DNA of 64,000 bases, taken from positions 129,378 through 193,377 of the forward strand of contig JBBTWP010000003.1 in the NCBI GenBank assembly GCA_038062675.1. The letters are read 5' to 3'. Of this stretch, positions 9,945 to 20,574 are shown piece after piece (the stretch's first letter is position 1; each line of letters begins with the position of its first letter). The notes beneath the pieces were generated by a model, which was not told the DNA's origin, did not search any database, and was given only the letters and a program-made list of their open reading frames with translations. The translations under genes were made by a program, and so were the position numbers. The stretch comes from Patescibacteria group bacterium (GTDB lineage Bacteria; Patescibacteriota; Minisyncoccia; Phycocordibacterales; UBA1550).

Positions 9945-10169
9945 AATAAGCCACTATACACTATGTTCCCAGAAAAATCCAGCTTTTTGGAAAATACTTA
10001 TCATTTCCAGCCAAGATGGGATTTTACCCAGTTTGCATTCCCTGCAACTTATTGGGTATAATGACAGTCCACACGTTATCCACAGTTTAGAAACACTCTC
10101 ATCCCCGTGTGTTGGTTTCGTATGAGCATTAGAAAGACTATAATACAAAGAACAGCCTCTTACCCCTTT

Positions 10170-11525
10170 ATGCTCGACAATACACAACTTTGGGATCACA
10201 CACTGCGCGAACTCGGGAACGAGCTGTCTCGGGCAAATTTTAGTACATGGTTTAAAAACACTGCGATCACCAAACAAGAAGATGGTATCGTCACTATTGG
10301 TGTTCCCAATGAGTTTGTAAAAGATTGGTTGCAAAACAAATTCCACAAAATGATTCTGAAATCATTGCGTGGGCTTTCTGAACATGTCCGTAATATTGAA
10401 TATGTAATTTGCAAGATTGAAGAAAAATCTGATAAAAAACAAACTGAAAAAACTCCATCAAACCCAACATCTGAGCTTCCTTTGGAAAACCTTTATATCG
10501 ACCGTGCGGATGGGCTTAACCCTCGTTATGCATTTGATAGCTTTGTGATCGGAGCGTTTAATGAACTTGCGTACGCCGCATCTCAAGCAATCTTAAAAAA
10601 AGTGGGAAAGAATGTATACAACCCTTTATTTATTTATGGCAATACCGGACTTGGAAAAACTCATCTCATTCAAGCTATCGGCAATCAAGTAAAAAAACTA
10701 CACCCTGATAAAAAAGTATTTTACACGACATCAGAAAAATTTTCAGTGGACTACATCAGTTCAGTAGGGCAGGGGTCGAAGACAATGAATACTTTTAAAG
10801 ATAAGTACCGAAAATACGATCTCTTAATTATGGATGACATCCAATTCCTTTCAAATAAAGAAAAAACTCAAGAGGAACTCTTTCATATCTTTAACGAACT
10901 TTATAATAACAACAAACAAATTGTTTTTTCTTCCGATCGTCATCCAAACTATATTCCTGCACTTGAAGAACGCCTTAAATCTCGTTTTAATGCTGGAATG
11001 ACTGTAGATGTGCAGGAGCCTGAATATGAATCACGGCTCGCTATTTTACGGGCAAAAGCCGACAGTAGTAAATTCTTCCCTCCAGATGAAATTATTGAAT
11101 ATCTTGCTTCATCAATCCAAGGAAATGTTCGTGAATTGGAAGGGCTTTTAAATGGTGTTATTTGCCAATCACAGCTTAAAAATAGGCATTTAACACTTAA
11201 TGAGATTAAACCCTTTATAAAGAACACGTCAAAACCAAAAAAACTTCTTTCTGTGAAAGAAATAGTGAAGGTGGTGTGCGGTTTTTACAATATTGAAGAA
11301 GATCATGTGTATGAAAAAACAAGAAGGAAAGAAGTAGTGAAACCACGCCAAGTTGCAATGTTTATTTTGCGCGAGGATTTCAATATCTCATATCCAACTA
11401 TTGGACAAAAATTAGGTGGTCGTGATCACACCACTGTTATGCATTCGTATGATAAAATTAAAGTAGATATGAAGAATGATTTATCGCTTATGCAGGAGGT
11501 TGATCAGATCCGCGCAATGTTTTAA
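10170..11525 (+). CDS. dnaA: Chromosomal replication initiator DnaA
   Basis: YNPLFIYGNTGLGKTHL, DDIQF, GGRDHTTVMH; likely start MLDNTQLW. Confidence 0.98.
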   Translation: MLDNTQLWDHTLRELGNELSRANFSTWFKNTAITKQEDGIVTIGVPNEFVKDWLQNKFHKMILKSLRGLSEHVRNIEYVICKIEEKSDKKQTEKTPSNPTSELPLENLYIDRADGLNPRYAFDSFVIGAFNELAYAASQAILKKVGKNVYNPLFIYGNTGLGKTHLIQAIGNQVKKLHPDKKVFYTTSEKFSVDYISSVGQGSKTMNTFKDKYRKYDLLIMDDIQFLSNKEKTQEELFHIFNELYNNNKQIVFSSDRHPNYIPALEERLKSRFNAGMTVDVQEPEYESRLAILRAKADSSKFFPPDEIIEYLASSIQGNVRELEGLLNGVICQSQLKNRHLTLNEIKPFIKNTSKPKKLLSVKEIVKVVCGFYNIEEDHVYEKTRRKEVVKPRQVAMFILREDFNISYPTIGQKLGGRDHTTVMHSYDKIKVDMKNDLSLMQEVDQIRAMF

Positions 11526-11761
11526 AACGTGGATTACTTGTGGATAGAGTTGTTGTTATGTGTTGATAGGTATGTGGAAAAGTTTACCTGAAACATATTC
11601 AAAAAAATATTATCCACAAAGAGGTGAGTGTTGTTCCTATAATAACAAAAAGTATGAGAGGGGATTTTACTAAGCAATTAAAACGGTTTAATAGAGTTAT
11701 CCACTTATCCACACCTATAGTAATAATAATAAGAATTTAAAGTAATAATTAATACAATACT
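11526..11761. other. Replication origin oriC (dnaA-dnaN intergenic)
   Basis: DnaA boxes TTATCCACA at 11610 and 11705, TTATCCACT at 11697, degenerate GTGGA(T/A) boxes at 11529-11581; TAG-TAA-TAA-TAA trio-like run, then an AT-rich stretch; extra box at 10076. Confidence 0.88.
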
Positions 11762-12862
11762 ATGAACCTCTCTTGTAATCGTGAATTTCTTCAAAAATGT
11801 ATTTCATCTGCTGATCGAGTAACAGGAAAACATTTAAGCCTTCCTATTTTAGGAACTGTTTTTATTGCAACTGATCATAAAAAAATAATTATTCGTGCAA
11901 CAAATCTTGAAGTAGGTGTTGAGTTTCAAATTCCTGCTACTATAAAAACAGAAGGAAGTGTTGCACTTCCAGGAAGTCTTTTAGCAAATATTCTTTCAAG
12001 TATTACTGATGAACAAGAAATAAATATCAGTGTTTCTGGAAGTGTTGGGAAAATAACCACAAAAACAAAAAATCTTACGATTAAAGGTTTTTTACCTGAT
12101 GATTTCCCAACTATTCCTTTAGTTAATGAAGGTGATAAATTTACCCTTCCAGCAGTAAAATTTATACAAGGTGTTAAGTCAGTGGTAGGGAGTGCGGCTA
12201 TTTCTGATATAAAACCTGAAATCTCAAGCATTTATATTCATCAAGTAGGAGATTTTTTGATTTTTGCCGCAACAGACTCATTTCGTCTTTCTGAAAAGAA
12301 AATAAAATACCAAGGGACCGCGTTAACACATGGAATTATTATACCTGTAAAAAATATCCTTGAAGTGGTAAGAATTCTTGAACAAAACCAAGAGGATATT
12401 TCATTCACCGCGACAAAAAATCAATTTTCTTGCGCAGGAAAGTCTGTTTACATAACTTCCCGTGTTGTACAAGGGGTGTATCCTGATTACGAGCAAATCC
12501 TCCCTAAAGGGCACACCACAGAAGTGGTTATGTTGAAACAAGATCTTTTAAACACTTTAAAATTATCTACACTTTTTTCCGATAAATTCAATAAAATAAC
12601 ATTTACTATAAACCCTCAGCAAAAAAAGTGTATTATTGCGACAAAAAACACAGAAATTGGGGAAATTGAGTCAAATCTTACCGCAACTCTTTCTGGGGAA
12701 CCCATTGAACTTTCATTGAATGGAAAACACCTTTTTGATTCACTGGGGTCAATCGAAAAAGATAGTGTGATTATTCAGTTCAATGGAGCAGACAAACCGG
12801 CAGTTATTCGCGGGCTTGGTGATCCATCATTCACCAACCTCACAATGCCCCTTACACAATAA
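11762..12862 (+). CDS. dnaN: DNA polymerase III beta clamp
   Basis: ATNLE, ATDSFRLSEK, YPDY motifs; follows dnaA. Confidence 0.96.
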   Translation: MNLSCNREFLQKCISSADRVTGKHLSLPILGTVFIATDHKKIIIRATNLEVGVEFQIPATIKTEGSVALPGSLLANILSSITDEQEINISVSGSVGKITTKTKNLTIKGFLPDDFPTIPLVNEGDKFTLPAVKFIQGVKSVVGSAAISDIKPEISSIYIHQVGDFLIFAATDSFRLSEKKIKYQGTALTHGIIIPVKNILEVVRILEQNQEDISFTATKNQFSCAGKSVYITSRVVQGVYPDYEQILPKGHTTEVVMLKQDLLNTLKLSTLFSDKFNKITFTINPQQKKCIIATKNTEIGEIESNLTATLSGEPIELSLNGKHLFDSLGSIEKDSVIIQFNGADKPAVIRGLGDPSFTNLTMPLTQ

Positions 12863-13116
12863 TGCTCCCTCTCGGTAATCTTCTCGCACGATTTAAAAAT
12901 CTCACCAACACAGAAAGGGTGCGAAAAGAGCTTATTTGTGAAGTTTTGAAAGAATTTAAGATTCCTCTTTTGAACACCCAAATATTTTTTTCAAAAAATA
13001 CCGTTTTTATAAAAGCACCACCTATTATAAAAACAGAAGTAGCACTTAAAAAAGGGGATATCCTCAAAAAAATCACCACAAATACAGGGTTGCGTCATAT
13101 TCAAGATATTTTTTAA
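12862..13116 (+). CDS. Small basic protein, possibly DciA/DUF721-like
   Basis: Coupled to dnaN (TAATG overlap); size and location fit, motif match weak. Confidence 0.5.
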   Translation: MLPLGNLLARFKNLTNTERVRKELICEVLKEFKIPLLNTQIFFSKNTVFIKAPPIIKTEVALKKGDILKKITTNTGLRHIQDIF

Positions 13117-13297
13117 AATAGTTATACACGCGTTATCCACATACCACCCCTTGACAAACCTAATCTTTCAGATTACAATCTGTAATTAGATATACTATAA
13201 AGGAAATTTTCTTATATGGATTACAGAGTACCTTGTCAATTAATGATGGCATTGTGCCATCTCAACTCAATGTTTCAAGTGTTTCAGGAGGTTTACT

Positions 13298-14899
13298 ATG
13301 AAGACGCTCTCAAAGCTAATCTTTCTTTCCGTGGTTCTGGTGTTTGGTGTGACTGGCTGTAATGATGGGGGAGGAGATTCTCCGCCCCCTGTAAAACAGG
13401 AGCCGATTCCGGTTCCTGTGCCAACACCTGAACCTGCACCATTTCCATTACCGGCGCCTGAAAAACTCACTATTACCAAAACTAGTCTAGCAAACCGAGT
13501 TTCTTCCACGCTAGGCTTTCAAGAAGTAGGCAGATTTTCAATCTCAGCTCTCGGGGAAAAGAATTTTTCTTCCGAAGGGGAAATGATGCTTACTTTTGGT
13601 GGCACACTTGCAGGGAGTGTTGGGTATGTGAGGATTATGGATATTTCAAGAATAGGTTATGTGGAAGAACGTATTTCTTCTGAACACACCGGAGCTCCTG
13701 TGGAGAACAAGAAAGCCACTGTGGTTTTCTCGACCCCAATTGTTGGTTCAAAAATCATGGCAACCTGGTTGGTTGACGAAAAGTACACCTCAGACTTTTC
13801 TGTGGAAGTAGCCCTTGTGGGAGTTGATCCAATACCTCATGGTTCTTTTGCGGATTTGACTGTTACCATAGAAACAAAAGACCATATACAGTTTGGGAAC
13901 AATGTCGTTGTGGCAGAGTTTCCATTTCGTCTTGCTGTTGCTCGTATTGAAACAGGTAAGTTGTTTTTTGCAAAAGATTCTGAGATTGTACGAGAGGATG
14001 TGGAAACGGGAGTTAATACTGTTTTAACATTCTCGCCGCAGGTTGCGGAACGCAACATGGTGCCTTCGCGTGACGGTAATAAGCTTGCTTTCATTGCGGA
14101 TCTTTTGGGCGTAAATGTTGTTAATGTGGGAATAATGGACAGTAATGGCGATGGGTGTTTTGTAGTAGATGCAGCTGGATGTAATCAGGCGTATCAGATT
14201 GTGCAGGCTCATATCTGTTATGCCACAGAACGTATCGCTTTGTTTCCAAACATCAATATGGTTGCTTGTCCCGGGACGAATTTTAGGGATAATAGTCTTA
14301 AACGCGCGAGAAACATATTTCTCACGCAAATCTCCCCAAATCTTGGAGCGCAACTTACCAATGATGTGTATGAGGACTTTGAGTCTGTTGTTTCTGCTGA
14401 TGGCAAGATGACCTACTTTCTTTCCTGTCGCCCGTTTGATAAGCCGGAAGCTCCTTTTGTTGAATACGTAGGAGGTTGTGGTATTTTTAAACGGGAAATT
14501 ATTGATTTGGATAAATTAGTTTTTGGTCCAATTCAATATGTGGTGGGAAGGGGGGATTGGAAGTTTGGCAGTGGAGGTGATTCACTTTCCGGTATTTCTC
14601 TGTCTCCTGATGACAAACAGTTAGTATTTTCTCGCGACATCGGAACAAGGAACTTTTTTGGGTCGATGGCAACGGTAAGTATTGTAAACACTGACGGAAC
14701 GGTACTTAAGGAGATTGGTGAAGGATTTCATCCGTACTGGGTCACTGATGGAAGGATTCTCTACAAAAAGAAATCTTCTCTTTTTGGCAGAGAAATTATC
14801 CTCAGTGATTCCGACGGAAGTAATCCGCGTGTTGTTTTGAAGTTGAAAGATGGAATTTCTGGTCAGGAATCGGCAACAAGTGTAACGTTTATCCCTTAA
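13298..14899 (+). CDS. Lipoprotein with TolB-like beta-propeller repeats
   Basis: Lipobox VTGC, Pro-rich linker, PSRDG/SADG/SPDD repeats; GGAGG RBS and TTGACA-17-TACAAT promoter. Confidence 0.75.
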   Translation: MKTLSKLIFLSVVLVFGVTGCNDGGGDSPPPVKQEPIPVPVPTPEPAPFPLPAPEKLTITKTSLANRVSSTLGFQEVGRFSISALGEKNFSSEGEMMLTFGGTLAGSVGYVRIMDISRIGYVEERISSEHTGAPVENKKATVVFSTPIVGSKIMATWLVDEKYTSDFSVEVALVGVDPIPHGSFADLTVTIETKDHIQFGNNVVVAEFPFRLAVARIETGKLFFAKDSEIVREDVETGVNTVLTFSPQVAERNMVPSRDGNKLAFIADLLGVNVVNVGIMDSNGDGCFVVDAAGCNQAYQIVQAHICYATERIALFPNINMVACPGTNFRDNSLKRARNIFLTQISPNLGAQLTNDVYEDFESVVSADGKMTYFLSCRPFDKPEAPFVEYVGGCGIFKREIIDLDKLVFGPIQYVVGRGDWKFGSGGDSLSGISLSPDDKQLVFSRDIGTRNFFGSMATVSIVNTDGTVLKEIGEGFHPYWVTDGRILYKKKSSLFGREIILSDSDGSNPRVVLKLKDGISGQESATSVTFIP

Positions 14900-14920
14900 T
14901 TTTGTACATTTGGTTTATTT

Positions 14921-14956
14921 AAAGGGTCTTGCTTCACAGCGAGACCCTTTTTTTTT
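14921..14956 (+). terminator. Intrinsic terminator
   Basis: aaagggtcttgc...gcgagaccc followed by a T-run. Confidence 0.8.
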
Positions 14957-15054
14957 GCCCACATTCCCACTTATCCACACCTCCACATAGTATTCACTTC
15001 CCCACACTGATATACTAAGGAAGTATTATCAAACCAACCATCATTTATTATATT

Positions 15055-16185
15055 ATGAAAAATATTGCTCAAAATCTTAAACTCATCGCCCTTGCTGTCA
15101 TCCTCTCGTTTGGTATTAGTTTTGCTTCAGCATGGGTTCTCCCTACTGCTGCACCACCCAATGGAAATGCGGATGCGCCGATTACGACGGGAGGAGGGCA
15201 GACAATTAAAGGGAATTTAACAATCGGTACTCCTCTAAACCCAGGAACTCTTACTATTGCTCCCGCGTCAAACCTCAAAATTCCCGGTGCAACAGTCGGA
15301 GAATTTCTTAAGGTCACCGGAGCTGATGGATCTGTGGGGACGGGGGTAGCTGGGGGCGGAGCCGCTGACAACCTTGGGAATCATACAGCAACGCAAAATT
15401 TAACCATGGGAGGGAATCAGATTACGGGTTCGAGCGGTATTACAGCGTCAGTTTTTAGCGACAAGGAAGACACAACATATTTTGCTAACCCAGCTTCTTC
15501 GTCGCGATTTAATGATGTTGTCGTGGTTGGTGCTGTTAATGCTGGGTCTGTTGTTGCCAACGGAGGAGCACTACTCCCCCACGGTAAACAACGTTTTGTT
15601 GGACCAGGAACATACACATTTGCGGTACCTGCGGGTGTGAACAAGGTATGGGTGACCATGGCGGGTGGTGGAGGAGGGGGGACATCAAGCCTTACTACAA
15701 ATGGAGGTCGTGGTGGTGGAGGAGGAGCCGCTGTTGTAGCGCAAGAAGTCACAGGGCTTACGCCTGGTAGTAATATTACTGTGACCGTTGGTTCTGGTGG
15801 CGTCGGTGGTTTGGGGGGCGTAAGTGGCTTTGCAATTTTCAATGTGGGAACCTCAGGGGGGGTATCGTCGTTTGGTGGTTATGTTATTACCCCTGGTGGA
15901 GGGGGGGGTGCTGGTAGTTTCATTCTTCATGCTCCACCTGGTGGTCCTGGGGGTGGGTTTGGTGGTAATGACCTTAGTGAAGGTCACCGTATGGGTGGTG
16001 TTGGAGGGGGTAGTATGTTTGGTACAGGCGGAATACGCACCGCTCTTGGTAGTTCTGCTATAATTCACCCTGCTGGCATTGCCACTGGCTTCGGTGCGGG
16101 TGGCGCCGGAGGTCCAGGTGCTACCGGTTCGACTTATTACGCCGGTGGAGCTGGTTCCCCCGGCTTTGTCTTGGTTGAGTGGTAA
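15055..16185 (+). CDS. Secreted protein with C-terminal glycine-rich tail-fibre-like domain
   Basis: Signal peptide, AW..P...PP.GN; TF.VPAGV..V.V...GGGGGG...G.PGFVLVEW. Confidence 0.7.
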   Translation: MKNIAQNLKLIALAVILSFGISFASAWVLPTAAPPNGNADAPITTGGGQTIKGNLTIGTPLNPGTLTIAPASNLKIPGATVGEFLKVTGADGSVGTGVAGGGAADNLGNHTATQNLTMGGNQITGSSGITASVFSDKEDTTYFANPASSSRFNDVVVVGAVNAGSVVANGGALLPHGKQRFVGPGTYTFAVPAGVNKVWVTMAGGGGGGTSSLTTNGGRGGGGGAAVVAQEVTGLTPGSNITVTVGSGGVGGLGGVSGFAIFNVGTSGGVSSFGGYVITPGGGGGAGSFILHAPPGGPGGGFGGNDLSEGHRMGGVGGGSMFGTGGIRTALGSSAIIHPAGIATGFGAGGAGGPGATGSTYYAGGAGSPGFVLVEW

Positions 16186-16355
16186 GAATTTTTCTTTGGC
16201 CCCCGATTGGCCCCCGAGGTGAGACCTCGGTAAAAAGACCTCGGTAAAATAAATTTGTGGTGTAATTTAAACAAAATTCTTAAAAATCCCCAAGATTAGA
16301 AGTCTTGGGGATTTTTACTTAAAGGGGAAAGGAGGTCAGGTACCCTTTATTTTTG

Positions 16356-16456
16356 GGTGTAATTTAAAAATCTCTTGAGGTGAAATCTCGAGAGATTTTT
16401 GTTGTACGCCTTTTGAAGGGAAAGGGATCTTTTGGAAATGAAAGCGGGGGAGGTGA
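16356..16456 (+). repeat. 101-bp direct repeat, left copy
   Basis: Matches 17862-17962 with 5 mismatches; contains hairpin aaaaatctcttgag...ctcgagagattttt. Confidence 0.9.
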
Positions 16457-16559
16457 GGCAGCTTTTAGATTTGCTGCCAATTTATAGCCATGGTTTATAT
16501 AGCTATTTTCCACAAAAGAAAGATTTGCTATTTTTTTAGCAATTTTGTACAATAAGAAG

Positions 16560-17690
16560 ATGCTCATATTTAAAAGGCTTATAGAACAAAACATTAAAAA
16601 CTCGCTTTTCAAAGGCAAGGCAATCCTAATCTTTGGACCACGGCAAGCAGGGAAAACAACGCTCGCTAAAAAGCTTCTTGGTGAATATGGTGCAGAGGAC
16701 GCTTATTTTAATTGTGAATTGACAGAAGTTCGTGCCGCTCTTCGAGTTGGCGCTCCAGAGAAACTAAAAAATCTCATTGGTGAGAAAAAAATTATTGTTC
16801 TTGATGAAGCTCAGACGGTGGAAAACATAGGTTCGATTCTCAAAACATTCATAGATACCTATCCGGAAGTTCAGATTATTGCGACGGGTTCGTCATCTTT
16901 TGACTTGGCGAATAAAATCAATGAGCCGCTTACCGGCAGATCTTTTGAATTCACGTTATACCCATTGTCTCTGGCTGAGCTAAAAAATAATTCTCTCAAT
17001 GTTAATCAGGAACAGTTGTATGAATATTTGTCAGTAGGGCTTTATCCAGGAATCATTGCTGAAAAAGATAAAAAGTTAAAAGAAAGCATTCTCAAAAATA
17101 TTACCACCAACTACCTCTATAAAGATATCTTCACTTTCGAGAGTATTAAAAGTCCTCAAGTATTTGAAGATCTCATTGCCATGCTCGCTTTTCAGATGGG
17201 TCAGCTTATTTCTGTAAACGAGCTTGCAAAATCGCTTGGAGTCAGTCGTTTTACCGTAGAAAAATATATAAAATTGCTTGAGCAAGCGTATGTTATAAAA
17301 AAAGTCAGAGCATTTTCTAAAAATAAACGAAATGAAATTAAAAAGAGTTTCAAACTCTACTTTATAGATATGGGTATACGAAATGCGGTTGTGCAAAACA
17401 TCTCACACGATATGACCACAAGGGCAGACAGGGGGTTTTTGCTCGAAAATCTATTTTTTATGGAATTACTAAAAAATAATATAAATGAATCTTTTCCCCC
17501 GCAAGTATATTTTTGGCGAAACACCAAAGGATACGAAGTTGACTTTGTTCTGGAGGACAAGGGAATAATACATGCGTATGAATGCAAATGGAACGAGCAA
17601 GAGCAAGTGGTTTTCTCTGTATTTAAAAAATCGTACCCGAATGCGGAGATTGATGTCGTTACGCCGAATAAATTAATTTCAAAAAACTAA
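16560..17690 (+). CDS. AAA+ ATPase with C-terminal DUF4143/nuclease-like domain
   Basis: GPRQAGKTT, LDEAQ, ATGSSS, LTGR, K.YF.D.G, YFWR....EVDF...ECK. Confidence 0.88.
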   Translation: MLIFKRLIEQNIKNSLFKGKAILIFGPRQAGKTTLAKKLLGEYGAEDAYFNCELTEVRAALRVGAPEKLKNLIGEKKIIVLDEAQTVENIGSILKTFIDTYPEVQIIATGSSSFDLANKINEPLTGRSFEFTLYPLSLAELKNNSLNVNQEQLYEYLSVGLYPGIIAEKDKKLKESILKNITTNYLYKDIFTFESIKSPQVFEDLIAMLAFQMGQLISVNELAKSLGVSRFTVEKYIKLLEQAYVIKKVRAFSKNKRNEIKKSFKLYFIDMGIRNAVVQNISHDMTTRADRGFLLENLFFMELLKNNINESFPPQVYFWRNTKGYEVDFVLEDKGIIHAYECKWNEQEQVVFSVFKKSYPNAEIDVVTPNKLISKN

Positions 17691-17861
17691 CCACAGCTTT
17701 CACAGCTCTCCGTGGCGACACCATGATAAAAGTTGAGTCGTTACTTTTTGATAGCATTCATATACACGATGTGTATGCAAAAACAAACAAAACAATCGGG
17801 CAGATTAGAAATGAATTAGGAAAAGGCTTCTCGAGGTCACACCTCGGAAAAAGAAGCTTGT

Positions 17862-17962
17862 GGTGTAATTTAAAAATCTCTTGAGGTGAAATCTCAAGAG
17901 ATTTTTGTTGTACGCCTTTTAAAGGGAAAGGGATCTTTTGGAAAAGAAAGCGGGGATGGTGA
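17862..17962 (+). repeat. 101-bp direct repeat, right copy (includes likely PBP terminator)
   Basis: Copy of 16356-16456, immediately 3' of the PBP gene. Confidence 0.9.
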
Positions 17963-17968
17963 AATAAG

Positions 17969-20515
17969 TTACTGAATTTTTAGCTTTGTACTCACTGTTG
18001 ATTTGTTGAACACGGAGTCGTAAGCAATAATCGTAATTTCATTTTCAGGATTGGAGACGTCAATGTTTTCAGGGATAAAGGAGATGGTGAAGGGGGGTTG
18101 GGTACTTTTGTCCACAAATACTCCGTTTACATAAAGCTCTACGCGGCTTAATGGATAGGGGCCTGTGCTTCCTACGGTTATGCTGATGCGGTCGGCTTTG
18201 GTGTGAGGCACAGCAAGGTCTGAGCCAGAGAGTGAAATGATAGGGGAGGATTCGGGGGTATGAACGTTGTCGTACTCTGTGGGAATGCCACTACGGTCGC
18301 CCTCAGGGAATGATTGTTTTGCAAACCATGCACGGACAGGTTCTTCCCATAAAACAAACTGAGCGTCATTTTGGGGGTTTGTGGGAGGTGCTCCTCGAGG
18401 ATCGTCTTTCTTGATCCATTTCAAAATAGTGTGTACTTCGGGAACAACGCGAATAACTTTTGTTTGTACTGGAGTGTTTGGTGTTGCCAGCTTGCCTGAT
18501 ATGGTGTCAACAACATATTTTTCTCCACCCTGCCAAATACCTTGAAGGGAAGCAGGAAGTGCGGTTAAATCCTCATTTTCTAGTGGGATGAATTTTTCGG
18601 GTGAAGTTTTCCTTAAAATATCATCCATAACTGCGCGCCAGACGAGGGTGACGGTGAAGCCAGCGGAATTGCCTTTTTTTATGGGCGTGGCGTCGTTATT
18701 ACCTGCCCACATACCGAGGACAATTTTGGGGGTGTAGCCAATAGTCCACACATCTTTGTAATTGTTGGTGGTACCCGTTTTTACGGCAACGTCTTTGCCG
18801 CCGAAGTAGAGAGCGGAATTTGCACCAAAGGTTGGTGTACGTGCTTTGTTGTCGGAAAGAATACTCGTGATTTGACGTGCCACTTCTGTGGGGAGTACTT
18901 CTTCTCTTGATTCTTGAAATTCCTCAATAATTTTACCCGCCTTGTCTTCAATGCGCAGGATTGCGGTGGTTTTATTTTTGACGCCGTCGTTTGCAAAAAC
19001 GCCGTAAGCGCCCGTCATATCAAGAAGAGAAACTTCGCCACCACCCAAGACGAGCGAAAGCCCAAAACGAGATTCGTCATTCAGGCTGGTAATACCCATG
19101 CGACGAGCAGTGGCGATAGTGTCTTTGAGTCCGGCGAGATAGAGTGTTTTAACCGAGGTGATATTGCGGGATTGCGCAAGAGAACTGCGCATGGAAATAG
19201 GTCCACGGTAACCCCCTTCATAATTTTCCGGAGTGTAACAATCTTCTTTTTTGGTGGCAGGAGTGAGAGGAACGCCGTGCCAATCACAGTCGGTGCTAAA
19301 GTTTGTTGGCACATCAAATAAAACTGTCTCAGGTGTGTAGCCTTTTTTGAACGCCGTTGCATAGGCAAATGGTTTAAACGTAGACCCCGGTTGGCGATAA
19401 GCGAGGGCAACATTAAAGTTTCCATCGTTTGTTGTTTCAAAATAGTCGCGGGAGCCGATCATTGCCAATACTTGCCCGTTTTTTGGGTCCATTGCTACGA
19501 GCGCCATATTTTTTGCTCCAAATTTTGTTTCCATGTTTGCTGCATGGTCGGACACAATTTCCTCTGCTTTTTTTTGAAGTTCGTAATCAAGCGTGGTGAT
19601 GACGCGGTACCCGTTTTCGTCAAGCGCCTGTTCACCATATTTTTCTGCCAGATATTCTTTAATCCACACTACAAAATGAGGTGCTTTTATGCCGCGCGGT
19701 TCTCGGGGAAGAAATTCAACTTTTTCTTTTTGGGCGGAAACGTAGGTGACTTCGTCAATAAAGCCAAGTTCACGCATTCGTTTAAGCACAAAATCTTTGC
19801 GAGCATCAAGATTTTTTCGATTGTTGCCGTAGGGGGAATAAAATGTGGGGGCCTTGGGAAGTGCGGCAATATATGCAGCTTGCGCAAGGGTGACATCGCG
19901 CGGTTCTTTGCCAAAAAAGACGCGACTTGCCTCCGCAACGCCATAAATGTTACCCCCATAGGGGATTTCATTGAGGTAGAGCTCGAGAATTTCTTCTTTG
20001 GTGAATGCCTGTTCGAGCTTGAACGAAAGAAGCAACTCTTTGAATTTACGAGTGAGGTTTTTGTCGGAAGTAAGCAGGGTATTTTTCACCACCTGCTGGG
20101 TGATAGTTGAGCCTCCTTGACTAAAGCCACCCTCGGAAATGTTTGCAATAATAGCGCGAAGAATGGATTTTGGCTCAACGCCATAATGGTGGTAGAAGTT
20201 TGCATCTTCGACGGCAATCGTAGCATTTTTGAGTTCGGGTGCAATAGCCTCAAAAGGGACCATGGTGCGCTTGATACCCTCATGTACATCATAAAGGAGT
20301 ATTTTCCCGGTGCGGTCGTAGATTTTTGTTGATTCTACGATTTTTCGGTCATTAAAATTTTCAAAATCAGGAAGCTGAACAAAAGAGACCATTAAAAGGA
20401 AAACACCCCCCATAGCAAAGAATGCGCTCCCTGAAAGAAAAAGCAACGATTTAAAGTGCTTACGAAACAAAAACCGTTTCGTTTTGCTGCGTTTTTTGGG
20501 GGTGGCGTGCACCAT
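17969..20515 (-). CDS. Class A penicillin-binding protein (transglycosylase/transpeptidase)
   Basis: EDANFYHHYG, GGSTITQQ, YLN, RQPGSTFK, S.N, KTGT; C-terminal Ig-like domain. Confidence 0.95.
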   Translation of the reverse strand: MVHATPKKRSKTKRFLFRKHFKSLLFLSGSAFFAMGGVFLLMVSFVQLPDFENFNDRKIVESTKIYDRTGKILLYDVHEGIKRTMVPFEAIAPELKNATIAVEDANFYHHYGVEPKSILRAIIANISEGGFSQGGSTITQQVVKNTLLTSDKNLTRKFKELLLSFKLEQAFTKEEILELYLNEIPYGGNIYGVAEASRVFFGKEPRDVTLAQAAYIAALPKAPTFYSPYGNNRKNLDARKDFVLKRMRELGFIDEVTYVSAQKEKVEFLPREPRGIKAPHFVVWIKEYLAEKYGEQALDENGYRVITTLDYELQKKAEEIVSDHAANMETKFGAKNMALVAMDPKNGQVLAMIGSRDYFETTNDGNFNVALAYRQPGSTFKPFAYATAFKKGYTPETVLFDVPTNFSTDCDWHGVPLTPATKKEDCYTPENYEGGYRGPISMRSSLAQSRNITSVKTLYLAGLKDTIATARRMGITSLNDESRFGLSLVLGGGEVSLLDMTGAYGVFANDGVKNKTTAILRIEDKAGKIIEEFQESREEVLPTEVARQITSILSDNKARTPTFGANSALYFGGKDVAVKTGTTNNYKDVWTIGYTPKIVLGMWAGNNDATPIKKGNSAGFTVTLVWRAVMDDILRKTSPEKFIPLENEDLTALPASLQGIWQGGEKYVVDTISGKLATPNTPVQTKVIRVVPEVHTILKWIKKDDPRGAPPTNPQNDAQFVLWEEPVRAWFAKQSFPEGDRSGIPTEYDNVHTPESSPIISLSGSDLAVPHTKADRISITVGSTGPYPLSRVELYVNGVFVDKSTQPPFTISFIPENIDVSNPENEITIIAYDSVFNKSTVSTKLKIQ

Positions 20516-20574
20516 AGATGTGTACCATTATACCACGAGAGCGGGGTAGGGTGTATTGTTTTTTGTCCGTTTAA

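Noticed and set aside
9826-10125. 99-aa + strand ORF
   Set aside because: Antisense to rpmH and spans the dnaA promoter
15055-16185. Prophage remnant
   Set aside because: Signal peptide present and no other phage genes nearby
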